Assembly (NCBI GenBank): GCA_013239625.1
Contig: MU053881.1
Coordinates: 9,261,957-9,325,956, forward strand
From: Lama guanicoe
Lineage: Eukaryota
Direction of reading: 5' to 3'
Length of the DNA stretch: 64,000 nucleotides
The notes beneath the pieces are model-generated. The model ran no database searches. It had not been told where the DNA came from and worked only from the letters and a program-made list of their open reading frames with translations. This document shows positions 50,431 through 64,000 of the stretch, in pieces; within the stretch, counting starts at the first letter, position 1; every line of letters begins with the position of its first letter. A program made the translations under genes and the position numbers.

Positions 50431-52884
50431 GGTTTCTATATGTAGAGTGTCTGGAATGGAAGAAACTGTTCAAAAATACTCAATTATTTTGGAGAAGACA
50501 ATTTTCTTTTTTGTCATTTTCTCTTTTGGTAGAACAAAGTTTTTAAAGCAAACCCCGAGGCTCAGAAAGCTTAAGAGATTGACCCAAGGATACATGTCCA
50601 GCAAGTGGCAAAGAAGGCACCAGATCCTAGGCAAGGTCACCAAGGGATGCCCCAGCTGTAACCCTTCTCTGGAGTGCCAACGTTCTCCCAATAGGAAACA
50701 GCGTAACTCCCCTCCACTGCCTCGTCCATCTTCACCAGAAAAGCACAGAAACTCATTTTCAGAAGGGAAAAACATAACATTATTATAAAATCGAGGAAAA
50801 AATAAAAAAAACTCTGTTCATTAGAGAAAGACTTCCCACATCCCTCACCAACGTAACGTATGAAAGGTAGAGATAATTTTTCTCCCTTCTGTTTCTACCT
50901 AAGAAGCAGCACTAAGACCATATCACAGAGCTATTTGCCAGTAACAGTCACCTAACTGTTAATGAAGTATGGAACAAAATTACTCTGCAATGGAGTTTCC
51001 TCATTAGAATTTAATAAAAGGGGATTTATAGAGTTTAGATGATAGAAAAATAGAGAGATAGCCGGAAAAAAAAAAACGTTATACTTAAGGAAGTGCATGC
51101 TAATAAATTGTACAAGACGTAGAGTACTATGTTTTATACTTATTTTGATGAATGAGTTTCAGAAACATCCATGGATAGAATTATGCAGCAATTTTACTTG
51201 AAAGATCAAGAGTTGAAGGGACACAAAGAAGAGGAAATTATTATTAGCTTTGGCTACTATAGAGGCAGGTAACAGTCAGTGACTAACACTAAATTTTCTT
51301 ATATCACTTTCCTCTCTGCCCACCTCAAAACAAAAACCAAAAAAACCTGTTATAAACATTACTTTTTAGAATATGTTCAGCATTATGACAAAAAAATTGC
51401 CTTTAGGCTGGCCTTGGAAAATGTTAATATTCAAGTAAATGTTTAGATTAATACCTAGGAAATCTGAAGGGCAATTAACTCTCCATGAAGGAGAGTGGTC
51501 TTGGAAAAACTGACATGGGAGGGTGAGCATGCAGGCATTTTCAAAGCAGCCAGCTTTACATTACCTCCAGGAGGGAGGTGGGAAGTAGATGCCTCCTGGG
51601 TCACTAGCTTGCTGGGAAGTTGAGGGAGGCGGTTAGCAAACAGGAATTCGGAACATCCATATGCTCATCAGGAAGAGCTACCTGGAGTCCTCCATGTGAT
51701 CAGGAAGAATTACAACTGACCAGTTGGATACAACCAAACACAGCTATCATTTGAATCTGGTACAGATGCTTGATTTAACTGGGCACCTGGCTTAATACAT
51801 CAGCACATTGGAGATGCTCAAAAAGCTGGAAGGGAGGAAAATGAAAGAGATGGAGAAAAGAAAGGGAATCTGAAAGCAGAAGAGGCGAAGGTAAAAAGAA
51901 GGGAGGAATGGGAGTGAGGACAGAGACAGACGACATGAGAAAGAAAAAAGTTTAAAAGAGGGAAAGCAGGCTGCCCATGATTAATACGACACGGTGTCTT
52001 CTTGTCGGGGGGTTGAACAGTAACTACAATATTGAAGGGAAATATTCTTGGTATTTTTTTCACATTTCCTTAGTAATTATAGATACGACAGTTATGTTTA
52101 ATTTGGACAGGAAAAATAAACACCTGCCCTAGATCCACCGAAGTCTGCTCCTACACTCATAACCACCATGGCGCTCTTTGTTCCTAAGCCTGGATAATCC
52201 TTTTCATGCAGGGCTCCTGGAAGCAACTTCCACTGAGTCGCAGTTGGCACCCTGGATGAACACAGTTTGCCATCTCTCCATTAGGATAGTTGTCCTTGTT
52301 CTTATTTCACTTAGCATTGAAGCTTTTATCTCAGGAAACTCATTGTATTATGGAAATTCTATTTAATAACAAAAAAACATTTATTTTCATTAAATTGCTA
52401 TGAGTAGGATGATCTCAATGTATTATTTAAGAGACATGAAAATATGACTGTGTTATCTATAGTTATCTCATTAAAACAGGATCTAGTTATAAGGTATAAA
52501 GCACTGGATAGACATTTTTAAAACAAAATCTATTTACCGTAAATAAATTATGTCTGAAAACATCAGACAGTGGTAATTGGGGAAAGGTTAGAGCTGCCAT
52601 GTAAAATGGGACATTTTTCCAGCCACAAGAGATGGTTAAATGTATAAATTAAATTAAATAATGCCTTTATACTGTAACTGAATTAGAACTGGCAATTATA
52701 CATTATAGATAAAATGTTCCATCTCTTACAATTTGGCCTTGGTAATGATTTAGAATCCTGTTCTTTTCAAGAAAAATATAGGTGGTTAAGAATGCTTCAT
52801 GACTCTCAAAGTGGTGAATATTCATGAAATGTCACTGAATTCTTTGTGACTTAGTCTAAGTTAGGAGTAGCCACAAGATGAAGC

Positions 52885-53130
52885 GGGGTAATGCTATTAA
52901 TAATATTTCCACATATAGAGAACTTAACCACATGCCAATCTTTTGCATATTTGTATACAATTTATTATTCATTCATGCATGGACTCTAGGAAATTGGTAT
53001 TATTATTCCAGTTTTCAGAGGGAGAAACCAGCCTAGAAAGGTGAAGTAAGTTTCCTAATATCACAAGAAGCAGAGATGGGCTTCAATTCAAGGTGTTTTC
53101 ACCCTTGGATTTAGTGCCTTTAACAGTGGT
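52885..53130 (-). mobile_element. MIR SINE
   Basis: ggtattattattccagttttcagaggg...aaggtgaagtaagtttcctaatatcaca. Confidence 0.7.
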
Positions 53131-55899
53131 TGGATCACTGAATCACAGCTCAGACAGCAACCCACAGAGATTCTTGCATCTTAGCCCCAAAAGCAGGTAG
53201 AGCATCTCTACAAAGCAAACCATCTCCTTTCTAAGTCTTCCCACTCATCACAGACAGGGATCCTATGATTTTAGAGCTCCTGATCCCATTTACAAAAGAA
53301 AAAAAGTTATCAGCTATATTACTTCATCAAGATGTCTTACCCTCTCCATAAAGCTAACTTGATCATCTGCCTCCTGTGAAAAACTCAGTGTTGATTCTCT
53401 TCTGTGATACATGTAGAAAAACCACATTTGATTGTTTTCTTTAGAATGCCTGGATAAAATTCAGGGGTAAGACATTTTGTGCTGCAGATATCTTAATCTT
53501 CTTTAAAGTAATTTAAAAAATTTGTTGTATGAGGTTCAGAAGCTCAATAATTGAACAGAAATTCATTTTTTGAGATTACATCTGAAATACAAAATAATTA
53601 CTTACTTAGAAATAGTTTGGCTTGGGTATTTTAAGACTAAAATATTCATGAAAAATATATCTTGGTTTAGAAATGTTTTCATGTGTTATTAAATTATTTG
53701 ATTATCTTATTGCATTATTATGATTTCAAATATGCTTTTATTTAATACATTTATATTAAGTATTTTAGAGCATCTGAAAAGTACCCTGTCCATCATATTA
53801 ATTAAAAGTCATTTTTATATTAATTTTTTTTTGGTAAAGAGATAAAGGTATTTCACAGGAGAATAACTCAAAGGTAAATTATCACTTTGATATTTTTGTA
53901 GTTACACAGACCTCTTTTTAACTTTAAATAAGATATATTTGAGCTATTCTTGGATTCATAGATCTGGACTATACTGTATTTTTGCAAATACACTGACTTA
54001 AAGGTTAGGAGTTTTTTCAATAAAAAGGCAGTAATGATGTGCATTATCATATTTTATTCTGAAATGTTTCTTAGACTTTATCTTACTATTTTTTGAATTA
54101 TGTTAATATTCATATTATATTTTCAGTTTAGGAGCAAAAGACAAATGTGGAATAAAGACTATATATTTGCTGGAAAGATACAAATAGAACAAATGTTACA
54201 CTGCACTCTGTTCAAGTATTAACTATGTTTAGGCTTTAACTCAAGAAACAAATTTAGTAAAAAATCACTCCTTAAATCGCTTCAACTTCCTTTCTAATTA
54301 GGAGCTCAGAAATTTAAGGACATGAACCAAAACCATAAAAGAAAAAAAAAATTCCTCAAAGGAGCCAAAGCATAAACAGAAAGAGTCCAAACACTGGTCA
54401 GAATCTCAGCCTGCTGTTCTTCACCCTTCCTGAGTCTAAATCCTGAAACTAATTTTAAAGCCTTAGTTGGTTGTTTTCCCTACAATAACGCCTAACACAA
54501 TACACTGTACACAGAAACCATTAAAAATGTTTGTTCGAGTTCTAAACTGAGTAGAGAACTCTCACAACTTCTGGAAACTGGCCACAGTATCTAATCTCTA
54601 GTGACATTGACTTGAAACCCATCAATGCCTTATAAATTCATTTTAGGGGCAAGGGATATGAGTCAACTGCTGTTAATAAGTTTTGTTAAGCGGGGGAAAT
54701 ACAGAAATACTTGTGTCTACTATTCAACGTTTATTCAGTGCTTATTACCAAAATTCAATTAATCTTTTGGATAGGAGATACAGCAACGTATTTTTGCTCT
54801 TGGCAGAGCAAGAGAAAACAAATTTAATCATCTAAGTGCTATATTTTAAAACAGCCTAGTAAATTCTCAGATTTGCCTTAAAACATTAAGGCATTAATTT
54901 ATATTTATTCTGTTAATTGACAGTCTAACATGAGATTCAATCTTTGTCCAAAGGCTCATAATAGGAAAGTTTAAATTTTAGGGGCAGGGGAGTGGCTGTC
55001 TATCTCACTACCTTGACATTTGCTGAATGTGAAGTTTCATTTCCCACCCCCTCCTCCCCTTTACAGATAATTTTCAGAAGTGCTGAGGAAATGAGGGAGA
55101 AAGTTAGCATTTAAAAGTGAACCAGAATAGAAAGGAAAAGATGTTTTTCACTTATGAAAAGCAGCACCAATAATTATTCAATGAATTTGGAAATCAACTC
55201 CAGCAGAGAGGTATATGAGATTCCTGCTGACATTGGTCATCTAAGAAATAATGATTTATTGCTGTTTGGTATACGCTTACTTACGCGAATACAATTTTCC
55301 ACAGTGGAATCAGAATAAAATAAGAGTTCCAACTGTTCGCAAGGTTTCTTTAAAGAGACGAAGAGAAACAAATTGAGCACTAATGAGTGTGTTTAGCCAA
55401 GCTGATTCACTCTGTGACTGCGAAGAGTACAGCAAGCTGAAGGAAAACAGGCAGTGGGGTTACCTTAGCCGGTTTTTTATTTTTTAGGTACAGAGGAGAA
55501 ATGATAAAGGCTGTGACTATGGAAATGACAATTTAGAGCGATATTAGACACCACTGCTTTTCAATCTTTCATTGCTTCATGATGCAAAACTCAAATGCTT
55601 GTAAATCAGATGCAAATACGGGGAGTGTGCGTCCATGGTCCAAGATGAGCTGTTTTGTGGGTATAAACCAGTCATGGTGCTTTTCCAAATTGGGAATGTC
55701 TCATAGAAAATGTCTATGGTGGCAAGCGGGTAACTGAACAAGGGTAAATGTTCATTTCCAGGGGAGATTTCGCTGCATTAGAATTTAACTTCTATATATT
55801 TTCTCCCATCTTGGCCACTATTTTTCTCAAGTATAGTTACATACTCAAAAGTTTCAGTTCACAGAAAGCATTGAAACATACAATGAAAAAATAGTGCAG

Positions 55900-56350
55900 T
55901 ATCACACCTAAGTGCAAAGGAGTAATGATTCTTACTGTAAATAACATAAATGATTAAAACTTTTTTTAATGCTTGTGATGTAGTAGTAAAAATATTACTT
56001 GCAGGCATTCTGGATGAGAATGTCCTATGAGAAACAGCAGGTAGGAAAAACAAGTTTATCTTGTACTTGCTAAGTCGTGATCCATATGTACGTGGATATA
56101 CAAATGGATAAATGTGTGTTTGTGTATAGGGGTAGAAATGTCTAGGCAGGCAGGCATTTATACAGATTTCAAGAACAAATGCAATGTATTTTGTAGAAAA
56201 CACTAGTGAGGCAAGCAGGGAGGAGAGACATGAGAATGTAATGGGAAACAATTATCTCATTTTTCCTTCTTTTTCAATTGTTTTCCCAGTCTTGGGTTTG
56301 TAGGGATATAATCCCATTTTTTTCAAGTAATTTTCTTTACTTTTTATAAA
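55900..56350 (+). mobile_element. Very old L1 3' fragment
   Basis: Weak L1ME-like 3'UTR features (gaaatgtctagg..., ttttcttttttcaa..., ttttataaaa). Confidence 0.4.
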
Positions 56351-57629
56351 ATATTTTTAACATCCTACCCCGCCCTTATGTGTCCGAATAGATACAATTT
56401 TGTCCCTAGTTAAACATTCCAGAGAAATCTCCCTGCCTTCTTTGCCATCAAGTTAAACACGAGGGGACCAATCTTACCTATTTTGTATAATTCTCTTTTG
56501 AAAAATCCTTCTTTTTCACAGGCTAATATTAACCAAGCAATGAAATAAGGTATACCATTTGCTTCTGTATGTGATGGTTCAAATAAAAAGAAATTAGTAA
56601 CTGTTTTAATGACCTACAGTCTAAATGTTATACCCTTACTATGAAAATTTCGTAGCAATATTATGGCTAGGCTAACAATAAAGATTCATAGTTCATTTGC
56701 TTTATAGTTAAATGTTGAATTCCTTTCGTTATGAAGGGTTTTAGGTTGGGGACTCCTTAACCGAAACAGAGGACAAAATATACTTAATTTGGGGGGTATT
56801 GTTTCTATGTAAGCCATTCAACTAAATATTCTGAATCATTAAACACTCTTGAATTTCTTGAGTTCCATGAAATAGTTGGCTTGTATAGAAACACTGGAAA
56901 TATGAAACAGCAGTAGATTACTTACTTCTATTTGCTGTTACTTGGACCCTTGAAAATTATGCACTGGCTTATATGTTAGGTGTTGTTTGGCTCTGACATT
57001 TGTAGGCAACACGAATGATCTGGGATTCAAAATGGTTCTGCTAGAAGAAACTTTTTGAGAGCTGTCACATTAGAGTTTAACTGATATGTTATGAATGGGA
57101 AAATGTCCATTTTTAAACCCCTTGAAGTCCAAACCTGTTTGGGGACACTGTTTGTTTGTTCTGATTTTTGCTGAGAGGGCAGCCCCATGGGGCCACTCAG
57201 TAGGCTGCACCACTTCGCATCCTCCCTGGTCACCCTACTGGTGATGGCACTTCCAGCAGAGAACAGCTAAAATTAACAGACAGTAACCCAGACCCCCTGC
57301 TTCCTCCAGAGGCCCAAACGCCAGGAATCTCAGAGAAAACTGTCAAAAATCTCAGACACTAAGGGAGAGGAGGAGGACACAAAATAAATTAATGAATGGT
57401 CGCAGGCGAGAGGACCAAGAGGACACTTAAAAGAGACCTAAGTGTTCTCCTGAACATCTCCATCTGCTGAATGCTTCCTGCTGACGGGGCAGTTTATGCT
57501 GATTGTCTCATTTCAGCTTTGCCATGAGTGATGATGGCCACATGATGATCCTATGTGATACCATAATGATGCCCATTTGATAGATAACAAAACTATAGTT
57601 TAGGGAGGTAAGTCACAGTCAGGATTCAT

Positions 57630-58195
57630 CTTGGTAGATTGTTGCATACATTCTTATTATTTTTAAATGCAAATTACACCATGCCACTCCTCCCACAAAA
57701 GCTCTCCAATGGCTTCACTTCCATATAAAATAAAATCAAAACTTCTTACACATCACAGCCCTATATGATTTTGCTCCCATGCCCCCATCAGTCCCGTCTC
57801 TTACACCCTCCAGCTCAGCCATATAAGGCTTGATGGAGATGCCCTTTCCTTCCACCAATTCGCCAAACCGTTCTTCTCAGGACACTAGGACATGTTTGGT
57901 TCCGGGTACGCCCATGGCTACCTCCATCTTTTTTATAATTCACATCTCAGCTCAGATAGGTCTTTAGAGAAGCTTTCCATGACCTTCCCTAGGAAGATCT
58001 TTGATGCTCTACTCACATGCTACCATATTGCATTTTCTGTTCTGCATTCCTCACTTTTGATTTTTGTCCCATTCTTTTTCAGGATTTCCCCACTGGAATT
58101 AAATTCCAGAAACACAGGTACTGTCTTGTATACACCTATGTCTGCAGCACCTTGAGGGGGACCTGGCAAAGAGTAAATGTGCAACAGTAATCTGG
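57630..58195 (+). mobile_element. LINE-2 3' region
   Basis: ctctccaatggcttc...aataaaatcaaaacttctta...tctcagctcagat...gaagctttccatgacc...cctggcaaagagtaaatgtgcaa. Confidence 0.8.
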
Positions 58196-60419
58196 GATAG
58201 GTTAATTTAGTCCTCACAACAGTCTTTGGGGAAACATAGGAGGCAAGCTTACAAATGAAATCTCCACTGTTCAAGCCACAGAGCTGACTGCATGGAAAAG
58301 AACAATTAAAACAAACCCACAGGCAAAATCATGACCACTTTTCTACAAACTCACGCTAGACCCTCATCCCTGTCAGAAGCAGTCTTAATGAGAGGCATTG
58401 ATTTTGAAGGAGAAAATGGCTGATTGCAAAGCAGGTAAAACTATGAGAAGGCTTTCAAAGATATTTATATTACAGGATTTCCATTCAAAAATTCCATTTA
58501 TAGATCTGCCAGAAGAGAGGGAAAAAATACTATATGTGTATATAAATGCTTTGTGGGAATGTGGAAAATGATGGGTTTAACACCCAGAGGACATCACAGA
58601 TGAAGAAGAATTTTATTTTTGTTAGTGATGGAACATGTTATCAGTGAACTACTTCTAAGCATTATGGGGTCCAAGAGAACAAAGCATGGGACTACCTCGT
58701 CTGAGGCTCTAACCACTGTTAAGAAGGAGAGGAAATACATTTTTCTCTGGGTATTGAGCTCAGCTTCGACTGAACAATTATTCAAGGTGGATATCATTTA
58801 TAAGGGTAACCAGGGATAAAAAAAATACTTTTCCCCCACACTGTTCAGGGTTTTACACTAAAACAAGGCTACTCAATTTTGAGATAAAATCAAACACATC
58901 ACATACATCTTTCAAGCCTTCAATATGACAGCACAGGAAACGTAGCCCAGGCAAATTTATCATTCTTCATTTTTGAAAAAGGCACATGTGAAATTTCAAA
59001 TTCACTTTTCTCAATTTCAAAACTTCTTTAAGTAATCAAGTGTGAGTGAACAGAGATGATATAAAAAAAGAAGTTTAACTGCGACCCCGGCTCAGAGATC
59101 TACCAGCACATTTAAGTATTCAGCAAAGGTGTGCTTCTGATTATGAACATATTTAAACATATTTAACATATTAAAATGTTATTTTTAAAAACAGAGGCAA
59201 TGACAATCTTTAGGAATTTCAATAACCTGTGAAAGTTTGCAAAAAAAAAAATATGGAACTGAAATTTGGTTGTGCCAATCCCAGGCACCTTACTGCTTTA
59301 GATGCAGTTGGAATCCATTCCCTACTAAGCGTTTCCACGTAATCATAATAGTGAGAGGATTGTTTCTTTAAAAATCCATAATCTGTTGGGAAGAGGGCAT
59401 TATCTCAATTTCTATACCATTTTGTCTTCTGCAAGAAGAGTTTATTTACTCAAAATTGAGATATTCAAAGATGTGCAAGATTAACAGTAACCAATTAAAA
59501 AAAAGAGCACAGAAAAAATTCTCAATGAGAGAATACGGATGGAAAAATTGAGCAGAGTGCCAGATGCTGAAACCAGAGATGGTTACTGTTGACTCATTCC
59601 CTCTCTCTCCTTCCTTCATCAGTCCCTCCTCCCCGCTCTCCTTCCTTCTCTCTTTTTATCTTTCTTTTCTTTTTCTTTCTCTGAACATAAAAACTTGACA
59701 CACCCGCACATCCTGACCAAATGACGCCCTCTCAGCCCTCTCCTGTTTCTCTCAGCGTTTCAGCTGGGAGAACCGCAACTGGACCGTGCCTCTCCTTGTG
59801 GTTTTTTATTCTAGGATCTTGAAAATTTTTGTGTTTATGTGGCTGGTGGAGCTTTTTGTAATGAAGATGATCTTTGAGATAATCATTTAGGAATTAAAAT
59901 AAATCTACAGCATACTTCTCTGTTTCTTTCCTAGAATTCAACTTGCTGCTATGTCTCTGAATTCTCCCCAAGGATTTGCCAACAAACACTAAAAGTCAAC
60001 ACTTAGAGAGAACTGTGTCGACAACCGCCCACGTTTTGAGAGAGTAGACAAATCAGTTCAGTTAAAACAATAAATTCATCAAATACAAGATGACTCCTGA
60101 TCATGGCAAAGCAGTTAAAACAGTAGCTGGGATGTGGAGACGTCATAAAAATGCTTAAATCCAGATACTCTTTAATAAAACATCTGCAAGATTATTTTAA
60201 ACTAATATTATTTTGAACAGAAGTGCACATAAAGTGATCTTACAGTACCATTTTTATATAGTACCAATATTAGCATGACTAATATTAGGATTCTAGGAGA
60301 AATATATTTTACCGGCAGCCTTGTGGCCTTTAACAGTTACTAGCCAGATGTATCTCAAAGGTGCTACAAGACCTGTGTAATTCTTGGAAAAAATCTCCTC
60401 TTACACAATAATGGGAATA

Positions 60420-60615
60420 GCAATAATAATAATAGTTACATTTACTAAGCACTGGCCATAGGCTGGGCAGTGGACAGAGAGGTAAAATACCACAGAACTT
60501 AAGAGAAATGGGGAATTTAGATGAGGTTTAAATGATCTCCCCAAGCTCGCACAGCAAGTTACCGGCCAAAGTCGATTTGCAACAAAATCGGTCTGGTTCT
60601 AGACACAGGCACCAT
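60420..60615 (-). mobile_element. MIR SINE
   Basis: aataataataatagttacatttactaagcact...gaggtttaaatgatctccccaagctcgcacagcaagt. Confidence 0.7.
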
Positions 60616-62025
60616 TTGGCTAGAACAGGTTCATGAATAGACATTCCCTGTAATCTCTCTGTGAATCACAGCCCTAAGGATAATATTTTGTTTTATGCAA
60701 TATATTCTTCTTCAGACCAACATACTGCATAGCCAAAAAGCTACGCTGGCCAGACAGATGAGAACTATGTGGAATGGAAAGCAGCTGTTAGCAATATGCA
60801 CCCTCCTTTTTTTTATTTTTTATTTTTTTTTAAGTAGCAGGGCTGAGGTTCTCTCTCATTTACGAGGATATAAAAAAGCAACGTGAGAGATGGTGAGCAG
60901 CAGGGAAGAATGGGGCTGGATTACTTACTATGCTGGCGTTGCTTACAATGAAGAACTTAAATCTTGGTTGACTGCGTAGTCAGATACACATGCTGGACAA
61001 AGTGTAAGAAGAAAGTGGATGATTGGGGGCGCTTGGGATGTACTGAAAAACAGGTAATTTTGCTTTGCAAATACCTTCCCGTGGTGGACATTTGTGCTGT
61101 TTCCCCCACAAGACTGCTATGTCTTTTGCGTCATGGACATGCTATAAACTTGTGAAACCTTTATTATGTCTGAACTAAATCCTAAAGTCATGCTGACTTT
61201 GGGCTCCTCTCCCTGTCAGCGTTAAAGAGGGGAAATCTCGCAGCTACCACAAACAACCATGAGACTAACACGTTGTCTGCTAGGAGTGGTCTTTACAAAG
61301 GCCATCAAGGAAAATAAAAATGACCTGTTTGGCTTGTAGGAAGAGATCAAGAGAGAAAAACAATGAGGCTACTGTAAGCAGGAAGGATGCATTTAGAACC
61401 CTTGAGACTTCTGGAGGATTTGGGAGGGCGGGCCATGGTTAAGAGGCATGACAAACGTAGTCGGAGAGACAACATCCAGTAACAGTGCAGAAGCTCATGA
61501 AAATCTGAGTGATGTCGATTTTAAGAAAACACTTTTCAAAATATAGATTAATTGAAGAATTTCAAAGAGTGACTGACTGCAGTGTACTCCTGTGGGATTT
61601 GGTGTCTAGGGTCAGAACAAAGGGATTCCTGGTTCTTAAGTTTATTTTGAAGCCCCTTGCATCCCTAACATCAATGGTGAGGGTGGAGGAAGCAAAGACG
61701 AAGCTACTATGACTCAGGCTAAAGGACACTTAAGGCTGTTAGGATAGTGGGACAAGGGGAAACAGGTAGACTTGTCCCTCCTGACTCCAGGTTTTCCTTG
61801 TCCTCTGCATCACGCAAGGTAGACTGCTAAGACCCGGAGTCTAATGAAAAGAAACACGAGAGGAATGTGACACGCGCCAAAATGAGTAGCCACAAAATAT
61901 TCCAGCTCTTTCTATTGACCTCTTATCTACAGCAGGGTTTCTAAAGATCACATTACCCTTAATAATAGTAACAATCACGCTGGGATTCTGCAACTAACAG
62001 TAACACTTGGTGACTGAGCACTCGC

Positions 62026-62497
62026 TGCAGGGTCCACAGACATCTGGCAGATTCCTGCTCCAAGGCCCCTCAAGTGTCCAGTTACTGCCTTTAGTGCTAG
62101 CAAAGAACCTTCCTTTCCCAATACATACCTGCCTTAGCCGAACAAACTGCTCCAGATAATGATCAACTATGCAATGCCCGGAAGCCTGACCACCAGGACG
62201 GGTCACAAGCCCCCTACCAAACTCCCCTCCCTTCCCTGTTACCCCAACATCGATCAACCAGAAACTCGTACACAAGCCAATCACGCACCTGCAACCCCCT
62301 TGTCCCTGGTGCCACATCAGCACAGGTCGTAAAAGATCACTCTCCCTTATAAAAGCCCTCCACAAGCAACTCTCTGTGCATCCGGACACACCTCACCTCT
62401 GGCCTGCTGCTGTCTATAACAGACCCAATAACCCCCTTTTCTACTACCATCCTTTGTCTTTGGGAAGTTCTTTTAGCACCCGCGTATTGGCATGACA
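62026..62497 (+). mobile_element. ERV-like solo LTR (~472 bp) inserted into a MIR
   Basis: TG...CA termini. CCAAT (~62277), TATAAAA (62348-62354), AATAAC (~62427) followed by T-rich U5-like sequence. MIR sequence resumes on both sides (gagcactcgc | tactatgtgtcaggc). Confidence 0.75.
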
Positions 62498-62700
62498 CGT
62501 ACTATGTGTCAGGCGTTGAGTGAAGTACGTCCCAGGGATGGTCTCAGCTCATCTTCTCAGCAGCCTTGTGAAGCACCTGTCGCCCCCCGAAGCAGCAGCC
62601 ACTGCTGTTTTCCAGGTGAGGAAACTGAGATGCAGAGAGAGAGTTAAGTCCTATTCCCATGTTCACATCGTTACTATGTTGTAGAACTAAGGAGAAATAG
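62498..62700 (-). mobile_element. MIR SINE (remainder; its other end lies at ~61995-62025)
   Basis: tactatgtgtcaggc...caggtgaggaaactgagatgcagagagagagttaagt. Confidence 0.8.
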
Positions 62701-62869
62701 ACTATAATACTTTGCTCTTTCTCTTATTTCTACAGAAATTGCACATACGCTCTGGAAGGTAATCTAAAAATCTCTAAGGGGAAAAAAAACTCCAAAAACA
62801 CATATCAAACATCACAAACTACACGTTATGTAGAGTTGAAACTACAGAAATGGAAGCATGCATGTAGTA

Positions 62870-63060
62870 TGCATTAGACTAGTGCCTGGCACACAGCAGG
62901 CACTCAGGGAGGGTTATTTACTTACCTCCATTAACCTATTTAATCCAGAGGCTCATCCTCGGAGCCGGGCATTATCACCCCGTTTATCCATGAAGCCACT
63001 AAGACCCTAAGAGGTCAAGACGCTGCTGACCTCAGAGCCCAGCTCTTCCCATCACGCCTG
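62870..63060. mobile_element. MIR/L2 tail plus MIR fragment
   Basis: agtgcctggcacacagcaggcactca; atttaatcc...cattatcaccccgtttatccatgaag. Confidence 0.6.
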
Positions 63061-64000
63061 CCTGCTTCTCAAAAGACCGATTCACTTTTTTCCTTTAGTT
63101 TATTGGATTATTTCCTTCAATTGCCCGGCTTGTTTTATCAGTCATCAGAATTACAGTTTCATACTGCCCTCATCTGTCTTGGGAGGAGTTAAGTGGTATT
63201 TAGAAATAGCTCCCAGATACTTGAAACTCTCATATTTACATTTTCAACACTTACAAATAAATTTTTCAAACTGTACAGCAGGTACCATAACCAAACATAT
63301 AAAGCCATCCATATTCCTCTTGGACGTTCACATGAAACTGCACTGTGCAAAACCTCATGATAACTACATTTCATTGGCAAATATTTATTGCATTTTTGAT
63401 ATACTTATAATAAAACAGCTTAATCCATCATTTCAACTAGATATGAATGCATGATTTTTTTCTGTAGATTATGGTATTTCCTTTATGAAACAGTGTAACT
63501 CCCAGGGCTGAGAGTATGAGGTTAAAAATAAAAAACCTTCAAGAATATTTTCAATAATTTTGGAATAAGTAATATGCTAACAAGTGCACAAGTCTCCCTG
63601 CTCAAAGCTGAACAGAAGATTTTTTTTTCCCACATAAAATACCAATTTCATATAATCAAAACATGACTTTCACAAAACAAAACAAGATGTAATTTCACAT
63701 TTCTGGGGGGAATATTAAGAGCCTTGAGAAGATGTCTGCGTTAATTGTACTGTGAGGTGAAGCGTTCTTAAAGGGTTGCTCTCTCATAATAACCATCTGG
63801 ATAGAATTCTGATCATAACAATTAAAAATAAAAGTGATGAGACTGCAGCAAAATTATTATACTTATAAATATTAGGAACCATTTAATAACCTTCATTTTA
63901 TTATAAAACATAAGTCTGAGCAGAATTTCTTCAAAAGTGCCATGAGGGGGCTCTTTTCTAATGTTGAAAACAGGTGATTTTGTGACTCATTACGATGAGT

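Noticed and set aside
59146..59180. Short aacatattt tandem (three copies)
   Set aside because: Ordinary slippage in AT-rich sequence.
61994..62389. 131-aa minus-strand ORF
   Set aside because: Lies antisense across a GC-richer LTR; no gag/pol/env similarity.

Overview
AT-rich, CpG-poor mammalian genomic DNA, intronic or intergenic. A tRNA-Ala-derived SINE at ~35.15 kb resembles the camelid Vic-1 type, and I saw no Alu, Bov-A/Bov-tA, PRE-1 or Can-SINE, so a camelid is likely (inference). No protein-coding exon of a recognisable gene was found. The only ORFs with recognisable homology are decayed LINE-1, LINE-2 and CR1/L3 ORF2 remnants. The window is dense in interspersed repeats: L1 3' ends, L2, L3/CR1, many MIRs, MLT1 solo LTRs, an ERV-like solo LTR nested in a MIR, Charlie1a, MER58-type elements, Tigger2a/MER8 and microsatellites. 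Repeat-poor stretches lie between them. The most notable non-repeat signals are: (1) a CpG-enriched promoter/enhancer-like block at 44.6-45.2 kb with an exact E-box-N9-GATA composite, next to a candidate 54-nt minus-strand non-coding exon that begins at an AG|GT junction; (2) a double fold-back deletion junction inside an L1; (3) two long near-perfect palindromes; (4) a 35-bp tandem duplication that doubles a perfect splice donor; (5) an unexplained diverged 48-bp repeat with copies 1.6 kb apart. I found no convincing novel biological system. Repeat family names and most boundaries come from recall of consensus sequences by eye and are approximate.
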